Virus record (IMG/VR): IMGVR_UViG_3300046779_000519
Span: 113-64,112 of that record
DNA: 64,000 nucleotides
Strand: one strand, 5' to 3'
Origin: a virus
Lineage: Duplodnaviria; Caudoviricetes
Made by a program: the position numbers and the translations under genes. Of this stretch, positions 39,106 to 46,847 are shown piece by piece; position 1 is the first letter of the stretch; each line of letters begins with the position of its first letter. The notes under the pieces are model-generated. The model did no database searches, was not told the origin of the DNA, and saw only the letters and a program-made list of their open reading frames with translations.

Positions 39106-39563
39106 GTTGTTGTTTGGTTTATGTATGATTGTATAGTTCGCAGGTCAATTATACCTCCGTTGTTTCTAAAGAATTTAAAGATATTCCAAGCGGATATCCC
39201 TAGCATATGTGCCTCCTCGATAAACATCTTGCGGGCTTTCAACACCCAGAGCCACTTACCTTCTTTGTAGAACTTGTCTAGTAGCTCCTTGTTATACTTA
39301 CCTGAGAAGCGTTTAATCTTCTTTCGAATCAACTCATTCAAGTATGCCTCGTTATCCCACATCTCCTTCTTGCGCAGGTAAATCTTGTTTCGTTCATTTC
39401 GTTTATGTAGGTGAAAAAATCCATTAGTTGTCATCTCAACTAGGTGTGGATACCCGCACTGTTGGCAACGGAATGTCTTTCCCAAGCATCTCCTTACAAG
39501 TCTTAACTCGTGTGGATTGTGGCATTCTCTGCAGTCTGTTCTGTGGAAATCTATTTTAGGCAT
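39102..39563 (-). CDS. Zn-ribbon protein
   Basis: CRECHN...CQQCGY. Confidence 0.5.
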   Translation of the reverse strand: MPKIDFHRTDCRECHNPHELRLVRRCLGKTFRCQQCGYPHLVEMTTNGFFHLHKRNERNKIYLRKKEMWDNEAYLNELIRKKIKRFSGKYNKELLDKFYKEGKWLWVLKARKMFIEEAHMLGISAWNIFKFFRNNGGIIDLRTIQSYINQTTT

Positions 39564-39817
39564 TAGTCCCAGTCAGTGTCAACAAACAAGGGTGAGCCTT
39601 CAAATGTCAAACTACCTCGCACATTATACTCGAAATAATCTATCGCGTCATCAACAGACATCCCATCCTTAACTAGCACCTCAATACACTTAGGTACTGA
39701 GTACACCAACTTCATATGTTGTTGTTCTAGTCCAATGATAGCATCATCAAATCCATCCGCTTTAATCAACTCAGTCTCGTCGTTAAAGTATTCTAGTATT
39801 TTGTCTATCATAATCAC
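39563..39817 (-). CDS. Conserved hypothetical phage protein
   Basis: KADGFDDAIIG...YSVPKCIEVL..DGMS.DDAIDYFEYNV motif familiar from aquatic phages. Confidence 0.6.
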   Translation of the reverse strand: MIMIDKILEYFNDETELIKADGFDDAIIGLEQQHMKLVYSVPKCIEVLVKDGMSVDDAIDYFEYNVRGSLTFEGSPLFVDTDWD

Positions 39818-40083
39818 ATCTTTGAGGATAAGCGTCCAATTACTTCTTCTAGTATCTCCCGAGTTAGGGGTTCGTGGTCTACGTCTTTCTCTTGGGAAAA
39901 GTTTGCTAACTTATTCTTTTCAGCCATACTTACTTTCTTCAGTAGCCATTGCAACTCGTCTAATCGAGTCTTGTACTCGTCGCAACGTTCTTCGCTAACG
40001 TACTTAGTTAACTTCTCGTGCTGAGCTTCCTTAAGTTTAGCCCGCATATTATTCATACGGTCTAGTATTATTTTCTTTATCAT
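39814..40083 (-). CDS. Hypothetical coiled-coil protein
   Basis: 89 aa. Confidence 0.5.
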   Translation of the reverse strand: MIKKIILDRMNNMRAKLKEAQHEKLTKYVSEERCDEYKTRLDELQWLLKKVSMAEKNKLANFSQEKDVDHEPLTREILEEVIGRLSSKM

Positions 40084-40093
40084 ATCTTAAATC

Positions 40094-40189
40094 TAGTAGT
40101 CAGAATGGGAATCGAACCCACACCCCATCTCTTTCGAGTGCTCTAATCCTCAAGGGTCAATTTCCTTATGACCTTTAAGCTACCTGACT
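40094..40189 (-). ncRNA. tRNA-like element A (expanded D-loop, anticodon arm replaced by GAAA tetraloop hairpin)
   Basis: Acceptor AGTCAGG/TCTGACT-A-CTA; T-arm GTGGG-TTCGATT-CCCAT; TAGCTT...GAGC D-stem. Confidence 0.7.
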
Positions 40190-40331
40190 AAATTGCTGTC
40201 TTTCCAGCTGTCATTACTTGTAACCTTGCAGTGGCAAACCGTGTATTGAGGGTTATACGACTGAGAACCTCATTGCCAATATTTATAGTCGTATATTTAA
40301 ACAAGTAAATTGCTGTCTTTCCAGCAGTCAT
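40189..40331 (-). repeat. Two 26-nt direct repeats (hairpin TGAC[A/T]GCTG-GAAAGA-CAGCAATTT) 117 nt apart
   Basis: 40189-40214 and 40306-40331 differ at one position. Confidence 0.85.
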
Positions 40332-40389
40332 AGAGTATGACGTCTGCTAGTTTTCCAGTTGTAAACAGCCGAAAACTAACGGTTCTCTC

Positions 40390-40489
40390 TAGTAGTCAGG
40401 ACAGGATTCGAACCTATTCCGCGGCAAGTGATTGGTACTGACCTTTCGGTTACTCCCGTTTCCGCTTTCTACCATTAAACTACCTGACT
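40390..40489 (-). ncRNA. tRNA-like element B (about 37-nt structured insert in place of the anticodon loop)
   Basis: Acceptor AGTCAGG/CCTGACT-A-CTA; D-arm TAGTTTAATGGTAGAA; stem GCGG/CCGC; T-arm ATAGG-TTCGAAT-CCTGT. Confidence 0.72.
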
Positions 40490-40598
40490 ATATAGTTATC
40501 CTCACACCAACTCAGATAACTACGTTTGCTCTCCTCCTTAATCACGCTGAGACTTTGCGCTTTCGGTAATATGGTGACTGACTTCCTTCAACCTGACT

Positions 40599-40630
40599 CA
40601 AAGATAGGTAAACGTTTTTGTTAAGTCAAG
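40599..40630 (-). promoter_or_regulatory. Promoter driving the non-coding RNA locus
   Basis: On - strand CTTG-N20-TATCTTTG. Confidence 0.65.
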
Positions 40631-40860
40631 TTTTGAGACAAATAAATCTTAAATTCTCTTATCTGCCTATAAGATGCCTGTTGCGCACGTCCTTTGGCGT
40701 GAACTAATCTGTTAAGATTAGTCTTAACCATATCAATGTCGCTATGACAAATCACGCCTTGCTTATACCTTACTTCTCTAGGTTCAGTATTCTTCTCAAG
40801 GTACTCAGTAGCCCACTGGATTGCTTTTTCATAGTTTTCATTCTTTGCATTGTCTGCCAT
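40621..40860 (-). CDS. Hypothetical protein
   Basis: 79 aa. Confidence 0.5.
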   Translation of the reverse strand: MADNAKNENYEKAIQWATEYLEKNTEPREVRYKQGVICHSDIDMVKTNLNRLVHAKGRAQQASYRQIREFKIYLSQNLT

Positions 40861-41147
40861 CGTACATCTACCTTATAAAAATACCATTCAAATAATCTAA
40901 TATGGGGAACAACGTTATAGCGCAGTTCTCTAGGAACATCCTGATATTTTTCTGCGCGGTATATGATTCCCCCTAGTTTAAGGTAATAACCTCTAACTCT
41001 CCTGAAGTTGTATCTCTTGAACTGCATCTCTGAATTTGTTGATAGTGGCGGCGTTCGTTTTAGTCCATCCGTTATAGGACAGGTTAGCTTCAATTCTGTC
41101 GTTGATTGCTCCAAGTAATCGGTAACGATAGTTCCCTTCTTTGTCAT
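40770..41147 (-). CDS. Possible hypothetical protein (overlaps both neighbours; true start probably later, MQFKRYN)
   Basis: ORF track; extensive overlaps make it uncertain. Confidence 0.3.
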   Translation of the reverse strand: MTKKGTIVTDYLEQSTTELKLTCPITDGLKRTPPLSTNSEMQFKRYNFRRVRGYYLKLGGIIYRAEKYQDVPRELRYNVVPHIRLFEWYFYKVDVRWQTMQRMKTMKKQSSGLLSTLRRILNLEK

Positions 41148-41235
41148 AAAAATTTACTTTAAGTTCGTTGTAGTCGACAATGCAAACCTCGCTTGCATCT
41201 GCTGACTTGTAGTACATTAATTTAATCTTCTTCAT
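40993..41235 (-). CDS. Hypothetical protein
   Basis: 80 aa. Confidence 0.5.
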   Translation of the reverse strand: MKKIKLMYYKSADASEVCIVDYNELKVNFYDKEGNYRYRLLGAINDRIEANLSYNGWTKTNAATINKFRDAVQEIQLQES

Positions 41236-41497
41236 CTTCGTCGTATATTAATTGTAAAACTAATTCTTCCATATAATGCGCCTTCATAGCGACATCTTTG
41301 TTACCATTCCAAAACTCGGAGTAATGCTCGCGAGGGATAGCGTACCATAGGTCTTCGTATGCATTCCACCAGAATACATACGGGTAAAGGTAGATTGATT
41401 TATTTTCCATAATATTTATTATCTGGGTTACAATATGGGTCTTCATAATACTCCTCAGGCTCAAAATCATCATCATTATTGCCTCGCCAAAATCCAT
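41222..41497 (-). CDS. Hypothetical protein (probable start 41410, MENKSIY)
   Basis: Aromatic-rich YVFWWNAYEDLWYAIPRE. Confidence 0.5.
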   Translation of the reverse strand: MDFGEAIMMMILSLRSIMKTHIVTQIINIMENKSIYLYPYVFWWNAYEDLWYAIPREHYSEFWNGNKDVAMKAHYMEELVLQLIYDEDEED

Positions 41498-41678
41498 ATG
41501 AATAAGCGTCTATTATCTGCTCTTTCTCCATTTGTTTGGCTTCTTTAAGTAAAATAATAAAATGAACTAAAGCCTTGCTATATCCAATCTCTTGCTGAGT
41601 AGGTTCGTTTGGCTCCTTATCTAATGAATCATTACATCTTTTAGTTAACCATTCTACTGCTGTCTGTTTATTTGCCAT
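41400..41678 (-). CDS. KQTAVEWL-family small protein, copy 1
   Basis: MANKQTAVEWL...AKQMEKEQIIDAY. Confidence 0.6.
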   Translation of the reverse strand: MANKQTAVEWLTKRCNDSLDKEPNEPTQQEIGYSKALVHFIILLKEAKQMEKEQIIDAYSYGFWRGNNDDDFEPEEYYEDPYCNPDNKYYGK

Positions 41679-41808
41679 CTTCTTGATTTAAAATATGCTT
41701 AAACATTTCTTTAATAACCTCTTCTGAGACAAGTTCTCCTTCAACGTATAATTGTCCGTCGGATGTAAGTCGCATTAATTCTTTGGGTTCTTCTGTGTTA
41801 GTTTCCAT
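41668..41808 (-). CDS. 46-aa hypothetical protein (not in ORF track)
   Basis: METNTEEPKELMRLTSDGQLYVEGELVSEEVIKEMFKHILNQEDGK*. Confidence 0.5.
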   Translation of the reverse strand: METNTEEPKELMRLTSDGQLYVEGELVSEEVIKEMFKHILNQEDGK

Positions 41809-41819
41809 CAGATTATTAT

Positions 41820-42077
41820 TTATAACATTTCTTTTAAATGTTGAAATACGGATTGGGGTCTTTCCCAGTTCTTATATGCATCTTCCACTGTTTCTTCGAA
41901 GTGCTTCTTGAATACGGGTACTGCTGTCGGATAGTCTTTGAAAAATTTAGCTAAATTAATGTAATCTTGTAGGTGGTATAATTCGCCACGAGAGTTGCTA
42001 TTGAATATTCTTTCTCGATAGTCCTCGATATCAAGAATCTTTAATGCCTCTTTAAATGTAATTTGTTTGGTTTCCAT
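41820..42077 (-). CDS. Hypothetical protein
   Basis: 85 aa. Confidence 0.5.
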   Translation of the reverse strand: METKQITFKEALKILDIEDYRERIFNSNSRGELYHLQDYINLAKFFKDYPTAVPVFKKHFEETVEDAYKNWERPQSVFQHLKEML

Positions 42078-42098
42078 TGTATTGTTTTTTTATTTTTT

Positions 42099-42521
42099 TT
42101 AATAATCTCTTACAAGAGAATACGTTCCACAGTATTCGTCTTTTTTGCCATTAACTAATGCTTCTAGGAATAAGAAAGAATCTGTGTCAAAGACCATATA
42201 TTCCTCAAGCCATTCCTTATTATAGTCACTCCAGATTTGCCGAATTATACTTACTGATTCGTGTTTTGTATTTTTGCATAAAAACAATCTTGTTCTTGAA
42301 CCGTATCCAGATTGGTCAGTGTATTCGTAAACTTCAACAATTCCATCCCTGCATTCCAAGTAATCGTTTACAAATGATTCTTTTTTGTTCTCTGAATCAA
42401 GAAAAATCTTGTCACCTCTATTTAATTTTTCCATATGTTTCGTTATAATATTGTTCTTCTGGTTCTTGTTGATTAGGAGTACAAATAGTAGCTCCATCAT
42501 CTTGACCATATAACCAAGCAT
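42099..42521 (-). CDS. Hypothetical protein (probable start 42434, MEKLNRG)
   Basis: ORF track. Confidence 0.5.
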   Translation of the reverse strand: MLGYMVKMMELLFVLLINKNQKNNIITKHMEKLNRGDKIFLDSENKKESFVNDYLECRDGIVEVYEYTDQSGYGSRTRLFLCKNTKHESVSIIRQIWSDYNKEWLEEYMVFDTDSFLFLEALVNGKKDEYCGTYSLVRDY

Positions 42522-42717
42522 CTTTTATCTGCTCTTTCTCCATTTGTTTGGCTTTCATAATAATGTTATCTAATACATCATAATTAATTATTACTTCATT
42601 ATTAAGACTATATTTACATTCAAAGTGCAACAACTCTTCTAGCCATTCGACTGGTGTTTGTTTATTTTCCATCGTTCTTCTGTTTAAATAGTTCGCACAT
42701 ACCGTGTTCGTTTTCAA
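42418..42717 (-). CDS. KQTAVEWL-family small protein, copy 2 (probable start 42672)
   Basis: MENKQTPVEWL...AKQMEKEQIKDAW. Confidence 0.6.
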   Translation of the reverse strand: MKTNTVCANYLNRRTMENKQTPVEWLEELLHFECKYSLNNEVIINYDVLDNIIMKAKQMEKEQIKDAWLYGQDDGATICTPNQQEPEEQYYNETYGKIK

Positions 42718-42892
42718 AAAAATGAGCCACCTTTTCGCCTAAAGAAAAGAAGCCAATACAAGCATATCCCATTGCCTCATTCATTCTTCCATTCCCAACT
42801 TCTTTATTGAATGGATGCTTCATTAAAGGGGTGCTATACTCGCATTGACAACAACAGCCCTTATATTCTTCCAAGGTGCATTTATTGTTCAT
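42662..42892 (-). CDS. Cys-rich hypothetical protein
   Basis: CCCQC...C...C. Confidence 0.5.
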   Translation of the reverse strand: MNNKCTLEEYKGCCCQCEYSTPLMKHPFNKEVGNGRMNEAMGYACIGFFSLGEKVAHFFENEHGMCELFKQKNDGK

Positions 42893-43064
42893 CTTCCTTT
42901 TTTGGTTTATTCCAAATCTCCATAAAATGCTCGCAAGTATTATCCTCTTTGATAGGAGTCTCTGCGAAATACGACTGCCTCCACTTGCTTGGGGTGGCAG
43001 TAAAACGATAACACGTTTCTTTAATGGGGCAATTTTCTCCCTGGCACATTGCTATATCAGGCAT
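42882..43064 (-). CDS. Conserved Cys-rich small phage protein
   Basis: MPDIAMCQGENCPIKETCYRF...QSYF...CEHF. Confidence 0.6.
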   Translation of the reverse strand: MPDIAMCQGENCPIKETCYRFTATPSKWRQSYFAETPIKEDNTCEHFMEIWNKPKKEDEQ

Positions 43065-43389
43065 TGTCTTGTTGTTTAGATACTTGTTCTCTTATTCTAT
43101 TTATCTCTTTGTTTTTGATGTCAATCTCATCCTGCAACTCAGAAATGTTTTTTTCGGCTACATCAGACATAGATGAATACAAATCGTTTTCTGTAAGATT
43201 TATACTATACTTACGCCACATAAAAGAAAACATTTCGTACCAGCTAGGCGCAGTATTTACTTCGTAAATTACCTTTAACCCCAATCTATTAGACGAGATG
43301 TGTACATCTGCGATTTTACCTTTCGCTATACTACCATATTTGTCGAAAAATACTACATCTCCAATATTGTATTTAGTCTCTATTTTCAT
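43057..43389 (-). CDS. Hypothetical protein
   Basis: MKIETKYNIGDVVF SH3-like start, coiled-coil end. Confidence 0.5.
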   Translation of the reverse strand: MKIETKYNIGDVVFFDKYGSIAKGKIADVHISSNRLGLKVIYEVNTAPSWYEMFSFMWRKYSINLTENDLYSSMSDVAEKNISELQDEIDIKNKEINRIREQVSKQQDNA

Positions 43390-43579
43390 TGTTTGGTTGT
43401 TTAAACTGTGAGTTCATCAGATTCTTTATCCTCTTCTTGTACGCATCCTTTCTGCAAGCCTTCTCTTCTTGTTTTGTGAATGGATGACTGCTAAAAAAGT
43501 TCCCACACGAGGATAGGTACATACCTTGAAATTCCTGCATATCTGAACCATCAGCTGAATATCCTGTGTATATTGGCAT
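43373..43579 (-). CDS. Hypothetical protein
   Basis: 68 aa. Confidence 0.45.
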   Translation of the reverse strand: MPIYTGYSADGSDMQEFQGMYLSSCGNFFSSHPFTKQEEKACRKDAYKKRIKNLMNSQFKQPNNENRD

Positions 43580-43779
43580 TAGTCTTGTTGTTTATGTAAA
43601 GGTGTAGGCAACCAACCAGATACATCTATCTGATATTCGTGCCATAATTTTCTCCAATTGTTACCATCCCACCATCCCCAACTGATGCCATTAGCACCAA
43701 TGTTAACGATGTATTGACCAACCTTTGGTGGTTTGTCTGTTCTCCAATAAATGTTATCCATTGTCTTTTTGTTTAGCAA
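43579..43779 (-). CDS. DUF551-like small protein
   Basis: WRTDKPPK.G.Y...WW....W......GWLPTP pattern. Confidence 0.5.
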   Translation of the reverse strand: MLNKKTMDNIYWRTDKPPKVGQYIVNIGANGISWGWWDGNNWRKLWHEYQIDVSGWLPTPLHKQQD

Positions 43780-44167
43780 TCTCTATAAGTTTATCTATAC
43801 AAGCATTCTCTGCTTCTTCGTAGGTGTCCCAATAGGTGTCTATCCAATCATCAAAACTGCCTCGCCAAATAACATAGCTGAACATATTTTTACCATTATC
43901 ATATCCTCCTTCTATCAATCCAATCAGATTGCGTGTCTCTCTAAACCATCTAAATACTTGTTGTTTAAGTGGTAATGGAATTGGTGTAATAGTTTTATCT
44001 ATTGTACAATCAGGATAGCCACAATGCAGATTATGTAATTGACATCCTCCAGGTCTTTCTTTCTCTACACATTTTTTAGTATGCTCAGATTTTATCAAAC
44101 ATCTTTCATCGAACCCTAATTCCTTTAAGGTTAATGCTTGCGCGTAGGTTACAAATTCTTTTTCCAT
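43754..44167 (-). CDS. Conserved Bacteroidota-phage hypothetical protein
   Basis: MEKEFVTYAQALTLKELGFDE...PLKQQVFRWFRE...TYEEAENACIDKLI. Confidence 0.55.
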   Translation of the reverse strand: MEKEFVTYAQALTLKELGFDERCLIKSEHTKKCVEKERPGGCQLHNLHCGYPDCTIDKTITPIPLPLKQQVFRWFRETRNLIGLIEGGYDNGKNMFSYVIWRGSFDDWIDTYWDTYEEAENACIDKLIEIAKQKDNG

Positions 44168-44424
44168 TGTCCTAAATATTTAGCGATTCCTTTTTGCACA
44201 TCTTCAAACTTCTCAGGATATAACGTAGCCATACTGAAATGACGTCGCTCGTATTCCCATAGTCTGTTGCGTCCCGTGATTACAATCATCAGGTAGTGGT
44301 TATTATCTCCACCATCTTTTAATAACATTACACTGCCAGCGTCAGGAACCATATAGTAAAGATACCCAAGCTCAGTGATATACCTCTTAGTCTTGTTAAG
44401 TAGGATTAGTTTACTCCGCGTCAT
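44149..44424 (-). CDS. Hypothetical protein
   Basis: 91 aa. Confidence 0.5.
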   Translation of the reverse strand: MTRSKLILLNKTKRYITELGYLYYMVPDAGSVMLLKDGGDNNHYLMIVITGRNRLWEYERRHFSMATLYPEKFEDVQKGIAKYLGQWKKNL

Positions 44425-44698
44425 AGTCGTATAGTAATAAGAATCTTGATATTACATTTTCATCCATATAAACGTATTCGTTGTCAGAGAACTTAATCTC
44501 TCCGTCAAGTGATGTCATCTTGTACTTCTTAATGAACTTGATGAAATCGCCAAGTATTAACTTGGGATTAGATAGCTTCTGATTAATCAAAAACTGACTC
44601 TGTTCGCCGTGCTCGTAGCCTCTCATATAGGCATCTCTTAGATAGATTCCGACACCTTCTTTGATGTCTTCTATCTCATTGTTTAGTATATCTTTCAT
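44411..44698 (-). CDS. Hypothetical protein
   Basis: 95 aa. Confidence 0.5.
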   Translation of the reverse strand: MKDILNNEIEDIKEGVGIYLRDAYMRGYEHGEQSQFLINQKLSNPKLILGDFIKFIKKYKMTSLDGEIKFSDNEYVYMDENVISRFLLLYDYDAE

Positions 44699-44701
44699 TG
44701 T

Positions 44702-44950
44702 TTAATTGTTTACTGATTCATAAGTCATTTCAAAAATGTCGGGCTTGCAAGGGTAGAATTCTCCTTTTACTCCCTTTATAATGTAGTCGCCCTTGTTTGC
44801 TAGCATATCGCCTTCAAGGGTTTCGATAACTACTCCTATAAGCGGATGAGATTTAATTTTATCACCACAAAATTCTACTAACAAGTCTACGTTTTCATCT
44901 GTTAATTGAATCGCTTCAATAACTACTGGTTTCTTTCTGTATTGTGCCAT
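44702..44950 (-). CDS. Widespread small phage protein (RKKPVVIEA...TLEG...GDYIIKGVKGEFYPCKPDIF family)
   Basis: Diagnostic motif string recognised. Confidence 0.7.
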   Translation of the reverse strand: MAQYRKKPVVIEAIQLTDENVDLLVEFCGDKIKSHPLIGVVIETLEGDMLANKGDYIIKGVKGEFYPCKPDIFEMTYESVNN

Positions 44951-44967
44951 TGTTTGGTTGGGTTTAA

Positions 44968-45195
44968 TTAATCTTTTATAATATCACATTCTTCACCTAC
45001 TTTTTTCAGGACATAGGCTAATTCTAAAGCTAACTCTCTTAAAGAACTGTCTTCTAATTTGGCTATCCATTCTCTTTGTCTTTCTACTGGACAATCCTCA
45101 AATGAGGTTGGCATAGACTTTTCTTCGTTTTCAAACTTATGAAAGATATATATGCCACTAAGGTTTCTCCTTTTGATTGATTCTTTATTACTCAT
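44968..45195 (-). CDS. Hypothetical protein
   Basis: 75 aa. Confidence 0.5.
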   Translation of the reverse strand: MSNKESIKRRNLSGIYIFHKFENEEKSMPTSFEDCPVERQREWIAKLEDSSLRELALELAYVLKKVGEECDIIKD

Positions 45196-45610
45196 TCTCG
45201 TATGGGTTTTTGGTTGTTAGATATTTATAATAATAGATACTCATTGAATCAGCTGAGTTCCTTGGATTGCATCCATATTTTAATATAGCATCAGTGTTAG
45301 CGTTAAATTTCCTAAAGTATGTAATCATCCAGTTATCGTACTCCATATCCCTAACCCAAACAACATCCCCAGGCTCAGGTGCTGGCTCAGGTCGTTTTTG
45401 GCTGAATCCTTCAAGCGTGTATTCGGTGAAGGATAGCATTGGTGGACCTTCTGAATAAAATCTACCATCTTCAGTAAACGAACCATTGCCTAATGGGAAA
45501 GAACATCTAATAGGGAATACGATATTTTTTAAATATATATTTTCAACCACACCCCAACCTCCAAAGTAATGGCAAAAGACTTTATCTCCTTTTTTAAATA
45601 TCTGTTTCAT
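45188..45610 (-). CDS. Hypothetical protein (two SH3-like modules)
   Basis: FKKGDKV...G.G.V and GDVVWVRD motifs. Confidence 0.5.
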   Translation of the reverse strand: MKQIFKKGDKVFCHYFGGWGVVENIYLKNIVFPIRCSFPLGNGSFTEDGRFYSEGPPMLSFTEYTLEGFSQKRPEPAPEPGDVVWVRDMEYDNWMITYFRKFNANTDAILKYGCNPRNSADSMSIYYYKYLTTKNPYENE

Positions 45611-46374
45611 TATTTCTTGTGTTTAAACATTAACTCTATTGTTGATTGATAATCCTTACATTCAATTACCTGATACGATTCGTTCTCCTCAAACAACCAC
45701 ACCAAGTACAATCGACCAATCTTAATATTGGTATTCTTCTCAATGATATACTTGTAAAGGTTTAGCTGAAGAGAATAAGTCTCGTACTCACATTCCTCTA
45801 TGAAAGAGATAGGTGCTTTGAAACGCTTGCGATACTCTGACTTCATTCGTATCTGCTTGTTGGTCTTGTAGTCCCATATCTGATACTCCTTAAGTTTCTC
45901 ATTATAGAATAGACAATCCACCATACCTCCTACCCCAAGTTCTGCGTCCCCAATAACTAACTCCATTGTGATAGGTGTTAGGGCAGGGGAGGCATCACGA
46001 TAGAAGTCAAGGAACATCTGAACGCATACATCATAACGCTCTTTGATATGGTCTTCGCCGAACTTATCTATAACAATTTGTGAATTGTAAGGGAATATCT
46101 TATTGAACCAGTAGTTCTCCGCAAAGTTGTGGACTAGTGTCCCCTTCATACCCGCGAACTCTCGTTTGTAATCCCATTCGGCAAGGACATCCTCTACAGG
46201 AACACCTAACTTCTTAGCTGACTTCTCAGCCATTACTTTAGCATTGAACTCAGGCTTAAATAGCTTGAGGAATCCCGTACCTGATACTAACTCTTGCTCT
46301 CCTATGAAATACTTATGAGGCTCGTCATAGTATTTGATATGGGAAAACTTCTTAAGTTCTTGGTATATGTGCAT
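45610..46374 (-). CDS. PD-(D/E)xK exonuclease (RecB/Cas4-like)
   Basis: GTLVH...GGMVDCLF...IWDYKT...YSLQLNLY. Confidence 0.8.
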   Translation of the reverse strand: MHIYQELKKFSHIKYYDEPHKYFIGEQELVSGTGFLKLFKPEFNAKVMAEKSAKKLGVPVEDVLAEWDYKREFAGMKGTLVHNFAENYWFNKIFPYNSQIVIDKFGEDHIKERYDVCVQMFLDFYRDASPALTPITMELVIGDAELGVGGMVDCLFYNEKLKEYQIWDYKTNKQIRMKSEYRKRFKAPISFIEECEYETYSLQLNLYKYIIEKNTNIKIGRLYLVWLFEENESYQVIECKDYQSTIELMFKHKK

Positions 46375-46846
46375 ACTTATTTTCTATGTTATGTTCTTTT
46401 AAATAATTTAAGTAAGCATCTCTGGCATCTAATTCATTGTCAAATCTTCCTAAATCAACTTTCTTGTTGTTAACAGATATCTTTGCCATATATTTATTGC
46501 CATCTTTTGTTACACCAACATACTTACTACTTCTATTTGGTTTATTAATCGCAACGTGAGTATGATTCTCTCTTCGCGATGTCCATTCTAGATTATCTAC
46601 TCTATTATTCTTTCTGTCAAAGTCTTTGTGATTAACCTCGTTCTTGCCTTCTACTTTAGGTATAAATGTGTTTGCGATTATACGATGTACCTTAGTTGAC
46701 TTTCTGTTAATCGCACATTTGTCATAGTGCGATGTACTATTCGAGTATGATATAAAGTATCCAGTTTCTTTTATCCTTATCCTACCAAATGTACTTGCCT
46801 CGTACTTGCCATCCGTATTAGGGACATCTTTCCAAATTTCTTCCAT
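46352..46846 (-). mobile_element. NUMOD4-HNH-AP2 homing endonuclease
   Basis: EIWKDVP..GKYEASTFGRIR; VHRIIA..F...EVNHKDFDRKNNRVDNLEW; SSKYVGVT...Y.AKI...LGRF AP2 domain. Confidence 0.85.
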
Positions 46847-46847
46847 A

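Noticed and set aside
40214-40306. HDV-like (theta) ribozyme next to tRNA-like genes
   Set aside because: Stem order resembles P1/P2/P3/P4, but the L3 loop is only 3 nt, there is no P1.1, no G at a cleavage site and no C-x-x-A J4/2 strand. Kept only as an unexplained pseudoknot.
40094-40489. Ordinary decoding tRNA genes
   Set aside because: Neither element has a 5-bp stem with a 7-nt anticodon loop; the inserts are too short for group I introns and show no clear splice geometry.
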